Below, piece after piece: positions 36,604-47,600 of a stretch of 64,000 bases of DNA (its first letter is position 1; each line of letters opens with the position of its first letter). The notes beneath the pieces are model-generated. The model did not search any database. It was not told the origin of the DNA and saw only the letters and a program-made list of their open reading frames with translations. The stretch is from sequence record MT811961.1, one strand, 5' to 3'. The position numbers were made by a program, and so were the translations under genes.

Positions 36604-36978
36604 ATGAAAAAATTAGAAACCGGAACAACGATCAATTCAAATGGCGATCTTTCAATCCACCTGATGGCAGTTAATCCAGAGATCGATCCAGCTCTGCGTA
36701 CTCATCTGTTTACCCTATTGGGTCGTATCAAAAACAATGAGTTCAAACTCGATGCAGGTAACATTGAAATGTCGGCTACTTCATCTGGCGTTAACATTCG
36801 CCTCATGGGCGAGAAGCGCGGTCGTCTGGTAGCGATTGATGTTAAAGGTCGTTGTCATATCCGTGTAAGTACTTCGTTCAATGAGGAGGCTCTCGTGGCT
36901 CCTTATGAGGCACTTAGTTTTAATGGTGTGGTTAACCGCATCCATGTAGAGATGTTCAAGCAACTAAACTTGTTCTAA
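36604..36978 (+). CDS. hypothetical protein
   Basis: 124 aa with AGGAAA RBS. Confidence 0.75.
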   Translation: MKKLETGTTINSNGDLSIHLMAVNPEIDPALRTHLFTLLGRIKNNEFKLDAGNIEMSATSSGVNIRLMGEKRGRLVAIDVKGRCHIRVSTSFNEEALVAPYEALSFNGVVNRIHVEMFKQLNLF

Positions 36979-36984
36979 AACAAA

Positions 36985-37030
36985 GCTCCTCTGCCTTCGG
37001 GTGGAGGAGTTCTTTCTCTTTATTTTTTTT
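36985..37030 (+). terminator. intrinsic terminator
   Basis: GCTCCTCTGCC-TTCG-GGTGGAGGAGT followed by a long T-run. Confidence 0.85.
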
Positions 37031-37335
37031 TCATTTTTAACAGACCGGGATACTAATTATAGAGAAAAACCGGTCATCGGTAGAGGCTAGAAATTATACC
37101 ATCTAAGAGAGAATTAGAGATAGAAATCATAGAATACAGATAAAAATCGCCGCGAAATTAAACTTCCTGTTAACTTTACAATGTTGTTGGATGTAGTAAT
37201 CTATGGCGTAATCGAAGGCGTCTGTGAGCGAAACATGGGACGAGTTTAACGCGTCGGCAGGCAAACCAAAGAAGGAGACTTCGAAAGCATCCTCTGGTCA
37301 ATGGATGTCGACATACTAAGTGAAAACTAAAACAG

Positions 37336-37364
37336 CCTCTTCTCCTTCGGGAGAAGAGGGTTTT
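37336..37364. terminator. terminator hairpin (possibly bidirectional)
   Basis: CCTCTTCTCC-TTCG-GGAGAAGAGG flanked by AAAAC and GTTTT. Confidence 0.75.
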
Positions 37365-37415
37365 CATATTTTACTCGAACGAATAATCTGTTAGCAACTA
37401 CAAGGAAAACAAACC

Positions 37416-38201
37416 ATGTCTATTATCCAAAAATCAAACAAAGACTTAGCCGTACAAGCTCTAAACAACTTTTCGTCTGTTCGTGAAAAGATGCGCTTCT
37501 GCTGTAACGTAGGAATGGAAACGCGAGATGAAGAAATTGCAAAGATGGATCTCGCATCTAAGATGCTGCTGTTGATTGCTCGTAAAGAGGAAATCCGAGA
37601 AGCCGTTTGGTCAGGCAAGGAATATGTTGTCTATTTTGATATGGACGGTATTACTCACAACTGGCGTAAAGATATCCTCAAGGAATACCCAGAGTTTAAA
37701 AACATCGATGAGTTAAATAAACATCCAGATAAAGATAAACTCGTTCGTGCAGTGTATGACAAGTACCCTGACTTCTTCCGTGACTTGGAGCCAATGAACC
37801 GTGGTCTGGATATGGCAGTTAGACTTATTGGTAATGGTATTAATGTCAAGTTCTTAACAGCAGTTGATCCAGTTGGTGAGTCACGACCAATTCGTCGCGG
37901 TAAACGAGAAGCATTGACAACCGCATTAAAAGAAAGAGGCATTGTTACCCTGCCTGATATTGTCTATACCGAAGATAGTGCAGGTAAGAAGTTTTATGCT
38001 GAAGAGCATGCCATCCTGGTAGACGACTATCTCGTAAACATCCGAGAGTGGCAAGTAGCAGGTGGTTATGCAATCCATGTTGACACAGAAGAGAAAGAAG
38101 AATACGAAGCATGGAAAGTCGGCGAAGTTTTGTTACAGGTACTAATCGATGAAACAAGAAGATTTAGACTCGCATGTAAGTCCTTCGGCAAAGATTACTA
38201 G
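37416..38201 (+). CDS. HAD-family 5'(3')-deoxyribonucleotidase (NT5C-like) with N-terminal extension
   Basis: VYFDMDG motif I, KFLTA motif II, K...., ILVDD motif IV. Confidence 0.85.
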   Translation: MSIIQKSNKDLAVQALNNFSSVREKMRFCCNVGMETRDEEIAKMDLASKMLLLIARKEEIREAVWSGKEYVVYFDMDGITHNWRKDILKEYPEFKNIDELNKHPDKDKLVRAVYDKYPDFFRDLEPMNRGLDMAVRLIGNGINVKFLTAVDPVGESRPIRRGKREALTTALKERGIVTLPDIVYTEDSAGKKFYAEEHAILVDDYLVNIREWQVAGGYAIHVDTEEKEEYEAWKVGEVLLQVLIDETRRFRLACKSFGKDY

Positions 38202-38760
38202 TGGAACTTTTATCGGTTCACGAGAAGTTCCTCTAGAGCTCCGTCCTAGGCTTTTAAAACATATGCGTCTCATTAGTCAGCATTGCGTAGAAAACGCGAT
38301 AGAGGGCTGGTCAGGCGCTGCTCCGGGCATGGATACTGTTTGGAGAAAGTCCTTTGAATATTTTAAAGGCGGGGAGTACTTTCATCAGATACTTCCATGG
38401 AATGGATTCCAGGATTTCTATGTCGACCAAGAACGACAATATCTACTCGATGAGTTTATGACAACGATGGCATCTGTCATGTTGTTTGACTGTGGTGTCG
38501 TCTGGCTACACAATCTAAGTCGTGGTGTAAAAGCCATGTATCTTAGAAATGTATATCAAGTCGTTTTGCCTGATTACAGCCAATCTGATTTTGTGGCGTA
38601 TTATGCCCCGGTTACAAAGAAAGGAACGCCTAAAGGAGGTACGGCAATTGCTGTGCGCTTAGCAGATACTTTGGGCATTCCAACGTTTAACCTTCTTTTC
38701 GAAGAAGACGCACTTGCTCTTTATGAGCTACTAGGAATAAAAGATGACAAAGAACACTGA
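38149..38760 (+). CDS. DprA/Smf-like (SLOG-type) nucleotide-binding protein
   Basis: FIGSREVP, SGAAPGMD, GGTAIAVRLA..LGIPTFNL motifs typical of phage DprA-like proteins. Overlaps the upstream gene by 53 nt. Confidence 0.7.
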   Translation: MKQEDLDSHVSPSAKITSGTFIGSREVPLELRPRLLKHMRLISQHCVENAIEGWSGAAPGMDTVWRKSFEYFKGGEYFHQILPWNGFQDFYVDQERQYLLDEFMTTMASVMLFDCGVVWLHNLSRGVKAMYLRNVYQVVLPDYSQSDFVAYYAPVTKKGTPKGGTAIAVRLADTLGIPTFNLLFEEDALALYELLGIKDDKEH

Positions 38761-39706
38761 TTTTGAAATGGCCAAGGTCAATACAAGAGAAGTAGATATA
38801 TCCGACCCACAGGTAAACAAAGAGTTGCGCAAAGCAACATGGAACATCGATGTGGTGGCTCGTTTTCTGCAAAGTATTCCAGCAGCGTGCTACTTCCAAA
38901 AGGTAATCAAAGAAACAAGTATTTCTATCCCGTGTGCTTTTCATCATGCATTCGTGATCGCTACGGGAGACACGGAGTTTGCAGTAAAGCAAAAATACTT
39001 GCGTGATTCGGATGGTGACTATATTCTCCTATTTCACACCGGTGGTTGGTTACTTACATTAAAACTATCTGCCCATGGTGGTTTACATGTCAGAGAAACC
39101 TATATGGTAGAGGCATCGCCAGAGGTATTGGAATCGATTATGTGTGCCAGTGACCTATACAAGGTTAATGAGCATGCGGTAGTTTATCGCTTTAGTTTTA
39201 AAGGACATGTTGTTTTCAGCAAAACAGGAAAAGCCGGCGAGGCTTTCGTTACTCATGGTACTAGTGGCGAATATTGTCATACAATCAAAACGGTGGGACC
39301 TGATTCAATATCAAGTGTTGGACACATTGTCGAGCTAGATAAGAACTTCACCTATGCGCAATTGCCTGGCAGAGAAGTAAGTCAGCTTCAGTTGTATACT
39401 GATGCGGGTGGCATAAAGCAATTCTCGGTTCTTATGGCCAATGGTTACGACAATATAATTGCTACCCCTGGCAGATTAGAATATATTTCTACAAAGATCG
39501 ATCAAGTTATTCGCTATAGTCCCGGTTGTGGTACGCTGACAAACATTTCTGTCAACAACAAGATGAAGAAGATCTCCGGTGAAATTACTTTCCGTACGGT
39601 AGAAGCGGATAACGGCGAGTACGAAACAACGGCCTGGATCCCAGGCAAAAAGAAAGAAACCGAACACGTAGTTTCTTCTTTCCCACGTCTACCAAAAGAC
39701 GTTTAA
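38744..39706 (+). CDS. hypothetical beta-rich protein
   Basis: 320-aa ORF overlapping the previous stop. Confidence 0.7.
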   Translation: MTKNTDFEMAKVNTREVDISDPQVNKELRKATWNIDVVARFLQSIPAACYFQKVIKETSISIPCAFHHAFVIATGDTEFAVKQKYLRDSDGDYILLFHTGGWLLTLKLSAHGGLHVRETYMVEASPEVLESIMCASDLYKVNEHAVVYRFSFKGHVVFSKTGKAGEAFVTHGTSGEYCHTIKTVGPDSISSVGHIVELDKNFTYAQLPGREVSQLQLYTDAGGIKQFSVLMANGYDNIIATPGRLEYISTKIDQVIRYSPGCGTLTNISVNNKMKKISGEITFRTVEADNGEYETTAWIPGKKKETEHVVSSFPRLPKDV

Positions 39707-39749
39707 TCTAACTCACTAATTTTATGGTAAAACTACAGAGGACATACCA

Positions 39750-40421
39750 ATGGCTAAAAAGCTTTGGCCCGAAGAGTTTGGACCATTTTATACTCCAGAG
39801 CAACTTGCATCTATGGGTACATTCGAGGGCCGTTATTGGCAATCGGTAATTGACGACAAGCGAAACAAAGCTCCGTCTGACGTTAAGAAATGGCTCAAGT
39901 TTGGCAATGTTGTTTCGGGGACCGACAAAGAGCGTGATCTAAAATACAACAAGTTTGATATTAAATCACGTTCTGGCTTAAGTGAATGGCGAAGTAATGG
40001 CTGGCTAACTAAAAACAGTCCTTTCGGTCACTATCAATGGTTTATCTTGTTTTTCTATGGACGTAGGGAAATAGAGCACAAAGGTAAGTCAGAAGATGAA
40101 TGGCAAATTGGACGTTGGCGCAGCTATATCGCTAGACACATGGGCGGCATCAAGAAACGCAGTAGTGCTACAGACAAGCAAAAACAAGCTATGTTACAGT
40201 GGTACTGGAACCATGAGCATGCTTTCACAGATGAGCGTGTTCTAGCAAACGCGAAGAAGATGGCCCGAGCTACGGGTAGTGAGTTAGTAACAATGGACGA
40301 GTTTTTAACTGAGTATGGTTTCAAAGAAGCCAAAAAAGAAGACAAGTCCAAAGAACCAAAATCGATGTATTCTCCTGGCGGAATCTATCTTGGTACTGAC
40401 TTACATGCTACTGATTGGTAA
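39750..40421 (+). CDS. conserved Trp/Tyr/Arg-rich protein of unknown function (family recalled from large DNA viruses)
   Basis: TPEQL..MGTFEGRY, N.F..KS..L.EW...GW, P.G..QW...F..GRR...DE.QI.RW...RH, Q.ML.W pattern. Confidence 0.6.
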   Translation: MAKKLWPEEFGPFYTPEQLASMGTFEGRYWQSVIDDKRNKAPSDVKKWLKFGNVVSGTDKERDLKYNKFDIKSRSGLSEWRSNGWLTKNSPFGHYQWFILFFYGRREIEHKGKSEDEWQIGRWRSYIARHMGGIKKRSSATDKQKQAMLQWYWNHEHAFTDERVLANAKKMARATGSELVTMDEFLTEYGFKEAKKEDKSKEPKSMYSPGGIYLGTDLHATDW

Positions 40422-40448
40422 GAGGTTCAACCTCTAAGTGAGTACGCT

Positions 40449-40781
40449 ATGACGACAAAAGGCCCGACAAGTTTTAGTGACTTGTCAGAACTAGAACTCG
40501 AACTTAATGATCGAGAGTATGGGCAAGAGATTGCTTATGCACACCTAGGTAAGTTTATAGGTAACCGAGGATTGGTGATTGCTTCACATCGACATCAATT
40601 CATCACCGAAGACTTTTGGCGGGGATATCTTTCCGTCAAACAAGAAAGGCTCAAGGAGTTAAGCGCACTTTACTTAACTGACCTAAACGAGGAGAGTGCA
40701 CTATCCCTCGCAAAGGTCATGCACGATCTAAACATTAAACCGCGTAAAGTCTATTTCGATGGAGTAGATGTAAACGCATAA
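40449..40781 (+). CDS. hypothetical protein
   Basis: 110-aa ORF in operon. Confidence 0.65.
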   Translation: MTTKGPTSFSDLSELELELNDREYGQEIAYAHLGKFIGNRGLVIASHRHQFITEDFWRGYLSVKQERLKELSALYLTDLNEESALSLAKVMHDLNIKPRKVYFDGVDVNA

Positions 40782-40795
40782 TCGGAGATGATATA

Positions 40796-42841
40796 GTGGC
40801 CACTATAGATATCGACTTGATTCAAGCATCTCCAGCAGACAGAGTATTCGATTGGGGTTCATTGCATTCAATGGATCCAGAATACGACCAAGAAAGCTTT
40901 GATTCCATTCTGAATATCCTTCCCGTCGTACGCGTGAAGGAAGAAGGGGAATACATCAACGTCATGGGGTTCTGGGCGAGAAACCTCGCCTCGGATATCA
41001 AACGACGATGGAAGTCCGGACGTGTAAGCGGGGCTATCTTTGTTGAGCTGAATGCACGTAGTTTTATTTGCCATAAGTTTTTCGCTTTGGAAGTAGACTA
41101 TATGCTTTCCGCTTTGATTGAGGATGGCTCTAAAGTCCGTACGGACAAAATGACCCTCGAGAGCATTCGGACTGCACTGCGGGAAAAGACGTGGCTGGCA
41201 AAAATGACGCCAGACGAACCACGTCAATTGAACTATAAAAACCTAAAGCGTTTGAATGTAACGCCGCTGGTTAACCAAAAAGAGTTTCTGGAGGTTATCG
41301 CCGAAAGAACCTCGAGCCAAGGACTAAGGGGACAAGTACTCGCTTCTCCTCCTGGTACTGGTAAGACCCTATCTGGGTTTATGACATCGTTGTCTTTGGG
41401 CGCAAAGACAACGTTGTTTATCGTTCCCCTGAACTCAGTAAAGAAAGTATGGGAAGCGACAATTAATACTAACTTCGTAGACAAGCCAACCTACTGGACA
41501 TCTCTGGATGGTGGACTGCCTACGGGTAAAGAAGAATTCATTATCTGTCACTATGAGTACTTCTTTAAGTTAGAGCGACTCATGTACAAATTCATCGGGC
41601 GTGATGATTTCTGTATTTGGATTGATGAGAGTCATAACTTTAATGAGATAACTTCTAACCGTACACAGTTCTTGCTTGAGTTCGTAGAGCGAACAAAACC
41701 AATGAACATCGTGTGGGCATCCGGTACTCCGTTTAAGGCGCTGGGTAAAGAAGTTGTTCCAATACTGTATACTATCGATCCTTACTTTACAGATGAAGTC
41801 AAGCCTGCGTTTGTGCAGATCTTTGGAGCGAGTCGTGCACGTGCATTGGATGTTCTTGCTAACCGTATCGGTAAGTTTACTTATCGCATCGACAAGAAAG
41901 ATGTGGTGGATATCCCACGTATCGACCATACTCTCAGTGTACGCATTCCAAATCACCAACCGTTCTTGTTGGATACTGTTCGCGTTGACTTGCGCAAATA
42001 TATCATTCAACGTGTAGAGTACTACAAAGAACTACGTCCACAGTTTAAAGAAACTTATCTTCGTTTAGTTGACAAGGCTTTAAGACTTGTTGCTTATGAT
42101 CCGGAAGCACTAAAGCTCTATCATGCCTACAATGCTAAAATGCACAAAGCGTTTAGTATTCAAGATGATATGGAAAAGCTACGTTGGTGTAAAAAGTTCG
42201 AAGATGATTATGTGTTGCCGTTCTTAGGAAACGAAGACCGTAAAGAGTTTCGATATGTTATCTCTCGCCATAGAACCCTTTTGTTGGTAGTAAGAGGGGA
42301 GGCATTGGGTAACGTACTTGTAAGACGACGAATCGATTGTTTCCGTGCAATGGTTCCTCATATGAGTTTACTGCGTGTGATTGAAACCGCACGTAAGAAA
42401 GTCATGGTCTTTACAAGTTATGTGGATGTCGCTAAGGCAGTAGCCGAATATCTAGATGAGTCAGGCATTGGTAATGTCTTAGTTATCGGTGAAACGAACA
42501 AAGACTTTGAACGTATCATCAATGACTTTAAACGAGACTCGGATAAGAAGGTAGTGGTTGCTACTTACAAATCATTGTCTACTGCGGTACCTGTTACCGA
42601 AGCAAGTGATGTTTTCTTGGTAGACCAACCCTTTCGCGAGTACGTGCTCGATCAGGCAACATCTCGTGCCATTCGTTTAGGACAGGATGGGCCCGTTAGA
42701 ATCACTACGGCTGCTTTGGATACACATGGTGAACCAAACTTAAGTACACGCAACCTGGATATCATGGCTTGGTCAAAAGACATGGTAGACCAGATGCTCG
42801 GAATCAAGAATGGTGACGAGCTCGACGACGTCGAATATTAA
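40796..42841 (+). CDS. superfamily 2 (SNF2/DExH-like) helicase
   Basis: PPGTGKT (motif I), IDESH (II), ASGT (III), VFTSYV (IV), QATSRAIRLGQ (VI). GTG start with GGAG RBS. Confidence 0.9.
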   Translation: MATIDIDLIQASPADRVFDWGSLHSMDPEYDQESFDSILNILPVVRVKEEGEYINVMGFWARNLASDIKRRWKSGRVSGAIFVELNARSFICHKFFALEVDYMLSALIEDGSKVRTDKMTLESIRTALREKTWLAKMTPDEPRQLNYKNLKRLNVTPLVNQKEFLEVIAERTSSQGLRGQVLASPPGTGKTLSGFMTSLSLGAKTTLFIVPLNSVKKVWEATINTNFVDKPTYWTSLDGGLPTGKEEFIICHYEYFFKLERLMYKFIGRDDFCIWIDESHNFNEITSNRTQFLLEFVERTKPMNIVWASGTPFKALGKEVVPILYTIDPYFTDEVKPAFVQIFGASRARALDVLANRIGKFTYRIDKKDVVDIPRIDHTLSVRIPNHQPFLLDTVRVDLRKYIIQRVEYYKELRPQFKETYLRLVDKALRLVAYDPEALKLYHAYNAKMHKAFSIQDDMEKLRWCKKFEDDYVLPFLGNEDRKEFRYVISRHRTLLLVVRGEALGNVLVRRRIDCFRAMVPHMSLLRVIETARKKVMVFTSYVDVAKAVAEYLDESGIGNVLVIGETNKDFERIINDFKRDSDKKVVVATYKSLSTAVPVTEASDVFLVDQPFREYVLDQATSRAIRLGQDGPVRITTAALDTHGEPNLSTRNLDIMAWSKDMVDQMLGIKNGDELDDVEY

Positions 42842-42849
42842 ACCTCTGC

Positions 42850-42890
42850 AATGCTCCTCTGGCCATCGGGCCAGGGGGCATTTCTTTATT
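42850..42890 (+). terminator. intrinsic terminator
   Basis: AATGCTCCTCTGGCC-ATCG-GGCCAGGGGGCATT followed by T-rich tract. Confidence 0.8.
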
Positions 42891-42944
42891 TATGCTTTTG
42901 GCAAATTTATTAGACAGGCCATTTTTAAGACGAGGAACAAAACC

Positions 42945-44591
42945 ATGTTCTGTAAGTATACGGTCCGACTGCATAAAGAAGACAATGGTTTAAAACCGCT
43001 GCCTCATGTAGTATGGACAGAAGGATCACTGCTCCCTAGACCGGACGAAATCGGTCCTTTTGATCCAACTAAAAGCTATAAGCCTGATGATGTTATTTCA
43101 TTAGGAGCAGAAACATTATTGTTCTGCAAAAGAAAACCACAGCAAGGTTATGCTCGACCAGAGCTAACTTCAATTGCATATCCAAACCCAGGCTTTATCA
43201 ATGACGCACAAGTTATCACAGTAAAGGGAAAACAATTCCTTTTAAGTTCGAATAACATTTTGTCACGTCAAGTAGAATACCAAGAAGTACCACCCACCGT
43301 TGTTGGTGGAGGTAATCTTTATGTCTATGCTTGGGATAATACAACAGGTACACTGACACTTGTGCATACTCTGACACATGCACTTGAAGACATTGTAGTC
43401 ATTCATGACAAAGACAGGGTTTTCATCACTGGTGCACCTGGTAAGCTACAAACAGTAAAAACTGAAATTTACGAACTAACTGAAATAGGCAGTCTAGAAC
43501 TCTATGTTGAGTTTGATGCCTGTGATTTTCTTTATTACTTCTCTCTCGGTACTCGTCACTTCTTTGTAAGTGGCAAACACGGAGAAACAGAAATTCGTAT
43601 TTCGCAGTTCAATCCGCTGTCAAAAACAGTACAGCAAGTATCGACGTATACGATAACGGATACTGAACGAGTAATGCATGTTACTACTCAAGTAATTGCA
43701 GGCAATATCTACGTTACCTTTGCACGCTGTGATGAGTATCGTTTAAAGACAACGATGTCTACGTTGTTGTTTGACAATGCAACAAAAACTCTGTTGTTTG
43801 TAGATGACTATGAAGTAGATAGTCAAGTCACGCATTTTGCATATCGAGAAATCGACAGTCGCTTTTATGCGGTGCTTTGTACAAAGACAAAATGGTTGCA
43901 GCTAGTCAAGTTCGATAATGGGATACTTAGCGCAGTAAGAGATCTAACTGACCAGTTCGACTACAAGGGAACAGACACGAGTATTCGTGGTACTGTTTTA
44001 AATCTTTCATTCTTTGAAGAAGATGACGTTCTCTATATGAACGTACCGGTATTCCGTACTGATGAAAACAATACGGATTCATTATCGGTTACTTTCTTCT
44101 GGGACGCAATTTTAGAAACGTTTGTTCCATTCAAAGGCATTACGACGCAAGGACCGGCTCAGTGGAGCGTCTTTGAAACCGATGGTATAATCTATTCGGT
44201 TGTTTGTAATTACCTCACAGGAGGCGCTACAGGCACTCCTAGTATCCTTGGATGGGATACACTTACGAAAAAGTTTACTACTGTGCTATCTGAGATAGTC
44301 GGTGGTTCAATTTGGGACCTTCGAGACTGGGAGGAACTACAAACCGGAACGGCCTTAGTGCCTAAACATAGTGCAAACACGCAGTATTATCCGGACATGT
44401 TCGTCCTTGATCCATCCGAAGAGATTGTTCGTCATAAAAAGGCAAGCAGCCTTGGTCCGTACACCGAAGATAACTGGGAAAAAATTAGCCCAAGACAAGT
44501 TATCAAAACGATGTACTTCTTCCCGACGTTCAATCTGACATATGGAAAAAATCTTTGGTCCTCGGGCACTATTGTCCACATTGCATATTAA
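42945..44591 (+). CDS. probable tail-associated protein with EPTP/EAR-like beta-propeller
   Basis: Likely start MFCKYT at 42945 (GAGGA RBS). FVPFKGITTQGPAQWSVFETDGIIYSVVCNY resembles an EPTP repeat. Short CBM-like motifs at both ends (FDPTKSYKPDD; HSANTQYYPDMFV...WEKI). Confidence 0.6.
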   Translation: MFCKYTVRLHKEDNGLKPLPHVVWTEGSLLPRPDEIGPFDPTKSYKPDDVISLGAETLLFCKRKPQQGYARPELTSIAYPNPGFINDAQVITVKGKQFLLSSNNILSRQVEYQEVPPTVVGGGNLYVYAWDNTTGTLTLVHTLTHALEDIVVIHDKDRVFITGAPGKLQTVKTEIYELTEIGSLELYVEFDACDFLYYFSLGTRHFFVSGKHGETEIRISQFNPLSKTVQQVSTYTITDTERVMHVTTQVIAGNIYVTFARCDEYRLKTTMSTLLFDNATKTLLFVDDYEVDSQVTHFAYREIDSRFYAVLCTKTKWLQLVKFDNGILSAVRDLTDQFDYKGTDTSIRGTVLNLSFFEEDDVLYMNVPVFRTDENNTDSLSVTFFWDAILETFVPFKGITTQGPAQWSVFETDGIIYSVVCNYLTGGATGTPSILGWDTLTKKFTTVLSEIVGGSIWDLRDWEELQTGTALVPKHSANTQYYPDMFVLDPSEEIVRHKKASSLGPYTEDNWEKISPRQVIKTMYFFPTFNLTYGKNLWSSGTIVHIAY

Positions 44592-44603
44592 CGGAGATTA
44601 CTA

Positions 44604-47600
44604 ATGGCTTTACCAACCATTATTCGATTGTTCCATCATCAAGGAAGTCAGGATTCCACTAACTGGATTATCTGGGCAGATCGTAACGCGCAAGACGTAC
44701 CTGCAAAGATTCCTAACTTCTTACCTGCATACAACTTCCAAAAAGGAAGCTATGTATTTCATGATGATCGAATCTATCGTTCAAAGAAACTCATCCTAGC
44801 TGGAGAATTTAATTCAGAGGCATGGGAAGAGGTTGTTTTACAAACCGGTTTTGTGGCTCGCCACGAACCAATGCGTGACTACGAAGAAGATAGCTTCGTC
44901 CTAGATGCACTTGGCAACCTACTGGGCAACAAAGCTCCAGTATCGGCTGGTGTGTTTAATCCAGATCAATGGGAAGCTGTTACAAGTGGCCGCCATATCG
45001 ATACCGCTACGGTCTATCTGGACGTATTAGGCGAAGAGCGCTACGAGACTATTGAAGAAGGTGTGTTCGTTCTTCTGGGTGGCGTACCGGAGGCATTTGA
45101 CCCATTTGAAAACATGGGTGAAGTAGACGCCTACTTTGAGAAAGGTTATACTGGTTATCGTTTCCAATTCAACCGTGACTTGGTTTGCTTTGTAGATAAT
45201 GAAGGCAGTGTTCCTTGTAACCCTGGTGACCGCGTAGGTCTTGTTAAGTCAGTTGTTGGTGATGCAGTCTTGCGTCAATACGATGCTGATTTAAAACCTG
45301 TTTATCTAGAAGATGCAACAGGCAGTGGGTACATCAGCTTCTCTGGTGACCAACACCTAATTCTAAAGACTCCGGAAAACAAAGCCGCGGTCCACGAGTT
45401 CCTTGGTGTCCCTGGTACAGGTGCCTTCGCATATCTGGACCAAGACAAAGACATTACCGAACATCGCATTGGTCCTCGTTTCCCAAGTGAAAACAAAACT
45501 TGGAATCTAAGCGAAGTATTGTTCTTGACCGAAGACGTTGTCGATTCTGAGCTTGATGGTATCTTTGATGAGATCAACGAGCTGGCAATCAACAGCTATC
45601 CGTCTGATGCGATTACGTCATTGGCGTATATGTTCTTGAATGATACCGAGTTCAATCAAGATCTTTCTCATTGGCAGTTATTCGGTAAAACAAATCTTTC
45701 TTCTATGTTCTCTGGAGCAACGGTATTTAACAAGCCGATACAACCATGGGACATGCAAACCGTTACACATACAACAAGTATGTTCGACGGCGCAAGTGCA
45801 TTTAACCAACCACTGAACAACTGGGACTTTGCTAACCTTAAAGTAGCGAAGGCCATGTTCCGCAATGCATTGGTATTTAACCAACATCTCTTTAACTGGG
45901 AAATGTTCGGTGTTTCTGATGTATCGCAAATGTTCCAAGGCGCAATTGCCTTTAATGGTTCGTTAGCTGGATGGGACCTGGGTCTTACAGGCGACGTAAG
46001 TTACATGTTCGATGGCGCAAGTGCGTTCAACCAACCAGTAGCTAATTTCCGTTTATCTCGTGCAACAAAACTCACTGCAATGTTCCGTAATGCGGTTGAG
46101 TTCGACCAACCGCTAACAGGCTGGCGTACTCATGACGTAACGGATATGAGTTACTTTGTTGCTGGTGCGATTAAGTTTAACCAAGACTTGGATCATTTTG
46201 AAACAAGCAATGTAACTAGCCTAGCAGGTGCTTTTGATGGAGCTGCTGCTTTCAACTGCAACGTTTCAACATGGGACGTAAGCAAGGTTACAAACTTCAA
46301 TGCAACCTTCCGCAATGCGGTTGTATTTGCACAAGACATTTCACTGTGGCAAACAGACTCAGCCACAAACATGGTAGAAATGTTCTCTGGCGCTGCGGCG
46401 TTCTCGTATGACATCTCTGCTTGGTGTGTGCGTTTGATTGTTGATGAGCCAAATGGCTTTGATGCAGACACAAAGACAGGCTGGCAAGATGTAGATGCGT
46501 TACAACCGCAATGGGCGATGCCATGTCTTAAGTACTTTGCACACTCGTTCTACAATGCTAACTTGATTGGTACATTGTTCCAAGATACAGAAGGTAAAGT
46601 ACCGGTAACCACACCAGGTGATAAAGTTCGTCTGATGTTGGACCTGACCACAAAAGGCAATCATGCTACGGCTGCATTAGCAACCGCACCTACGTATCGT
46701 CAAGACATCAATGGTAATGGCTATTTAGAATTCAACAACGATGAGTTCATGTCATTCCAAGATGGTGGTGATAACTATCATACATGGGAAACAATTCCAG
46801 GTATTGGTGTTTTACATGTAACTGATACAGATACAACAATCGGTCCTCGTGTAGCGGGCGATCAAAAACGTTATGTCGGTCAGTTTGTGGCACTTGCAGA
46901 TACCTATACTCCAGAAATGAAGTTGGTAGCAAGTGAGTACGTGGGTGAGGCATTTGCGCTTTATGACCAAGGTACAGTAACTAGTCTAGATTACTATCTT
47001 GAAGGTTTGAATACTTTCAATGAAGATATCTCTGGCTGGCAAATGGACTCGGTTAAAAGCATTGTTGGTCTATTTAAAGACACACTTGCGTTCAACCAAG
47101 ATATCTCCAGTTGGGTAATGTCATCTCTTGAACGAATGGACTTTGCATTCGCTGGAGCTAAAGCATTCAACCAAGACATTGGTGGATGGGATACGTCTAA
47201 CGTAACAAGCATGGAAGGCGTGTTCGAAGGAGCATCTGCGTTTAACTATGATCTTCCTTGGGATACTGCAAAAGTTACTACCTTTGCACGTGCTTTCAAA
47301 GATGCAAAAGCTTTCAATAGCCAAGTGCCATTTGACTTGACTTCGGCAATTACTATCGACGAGATGTTCGCTGGTGCGACTGTCTTTAACCGTCCGTTGG
47401 TTGGCCCAGCTCCAGTCTTAGAAAGTGCCATGGCAACATTTAAAGGTGCCTCGCTATTCAATAGTGCTGTGACTGACCTGATTGGCCCTACGGTTAAAAC
47501 GATCGAATCGATCTTTGAAGATTCAAACCAGTTTAATTCTGATCTGGCTACCTGGAATACTTCAGGAGTAGAAAGCTTTAAACGTGCGTTTGCTCGTGCG

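Noticed and set aside
37176-37367. 63-aa minus-strand ORF
   Set aside because: It runs through the terminator hairpin, has no clear RBS, and has an atypical Arg/Leu-rich composition.
38263-38760. Downstream start for the DprA-like gene to remove the 53-nt overlap
   Set aside because: It would delete the FIGSREVP motif, so the longer overlapping ORF is preferred.
34063-39706. Possible paralogy among beta-rich ORFs 34063, 35769 and 38744
   Set aside because: They share only general composition. No alignable motif by eye; profile-profile comparison would be needed.
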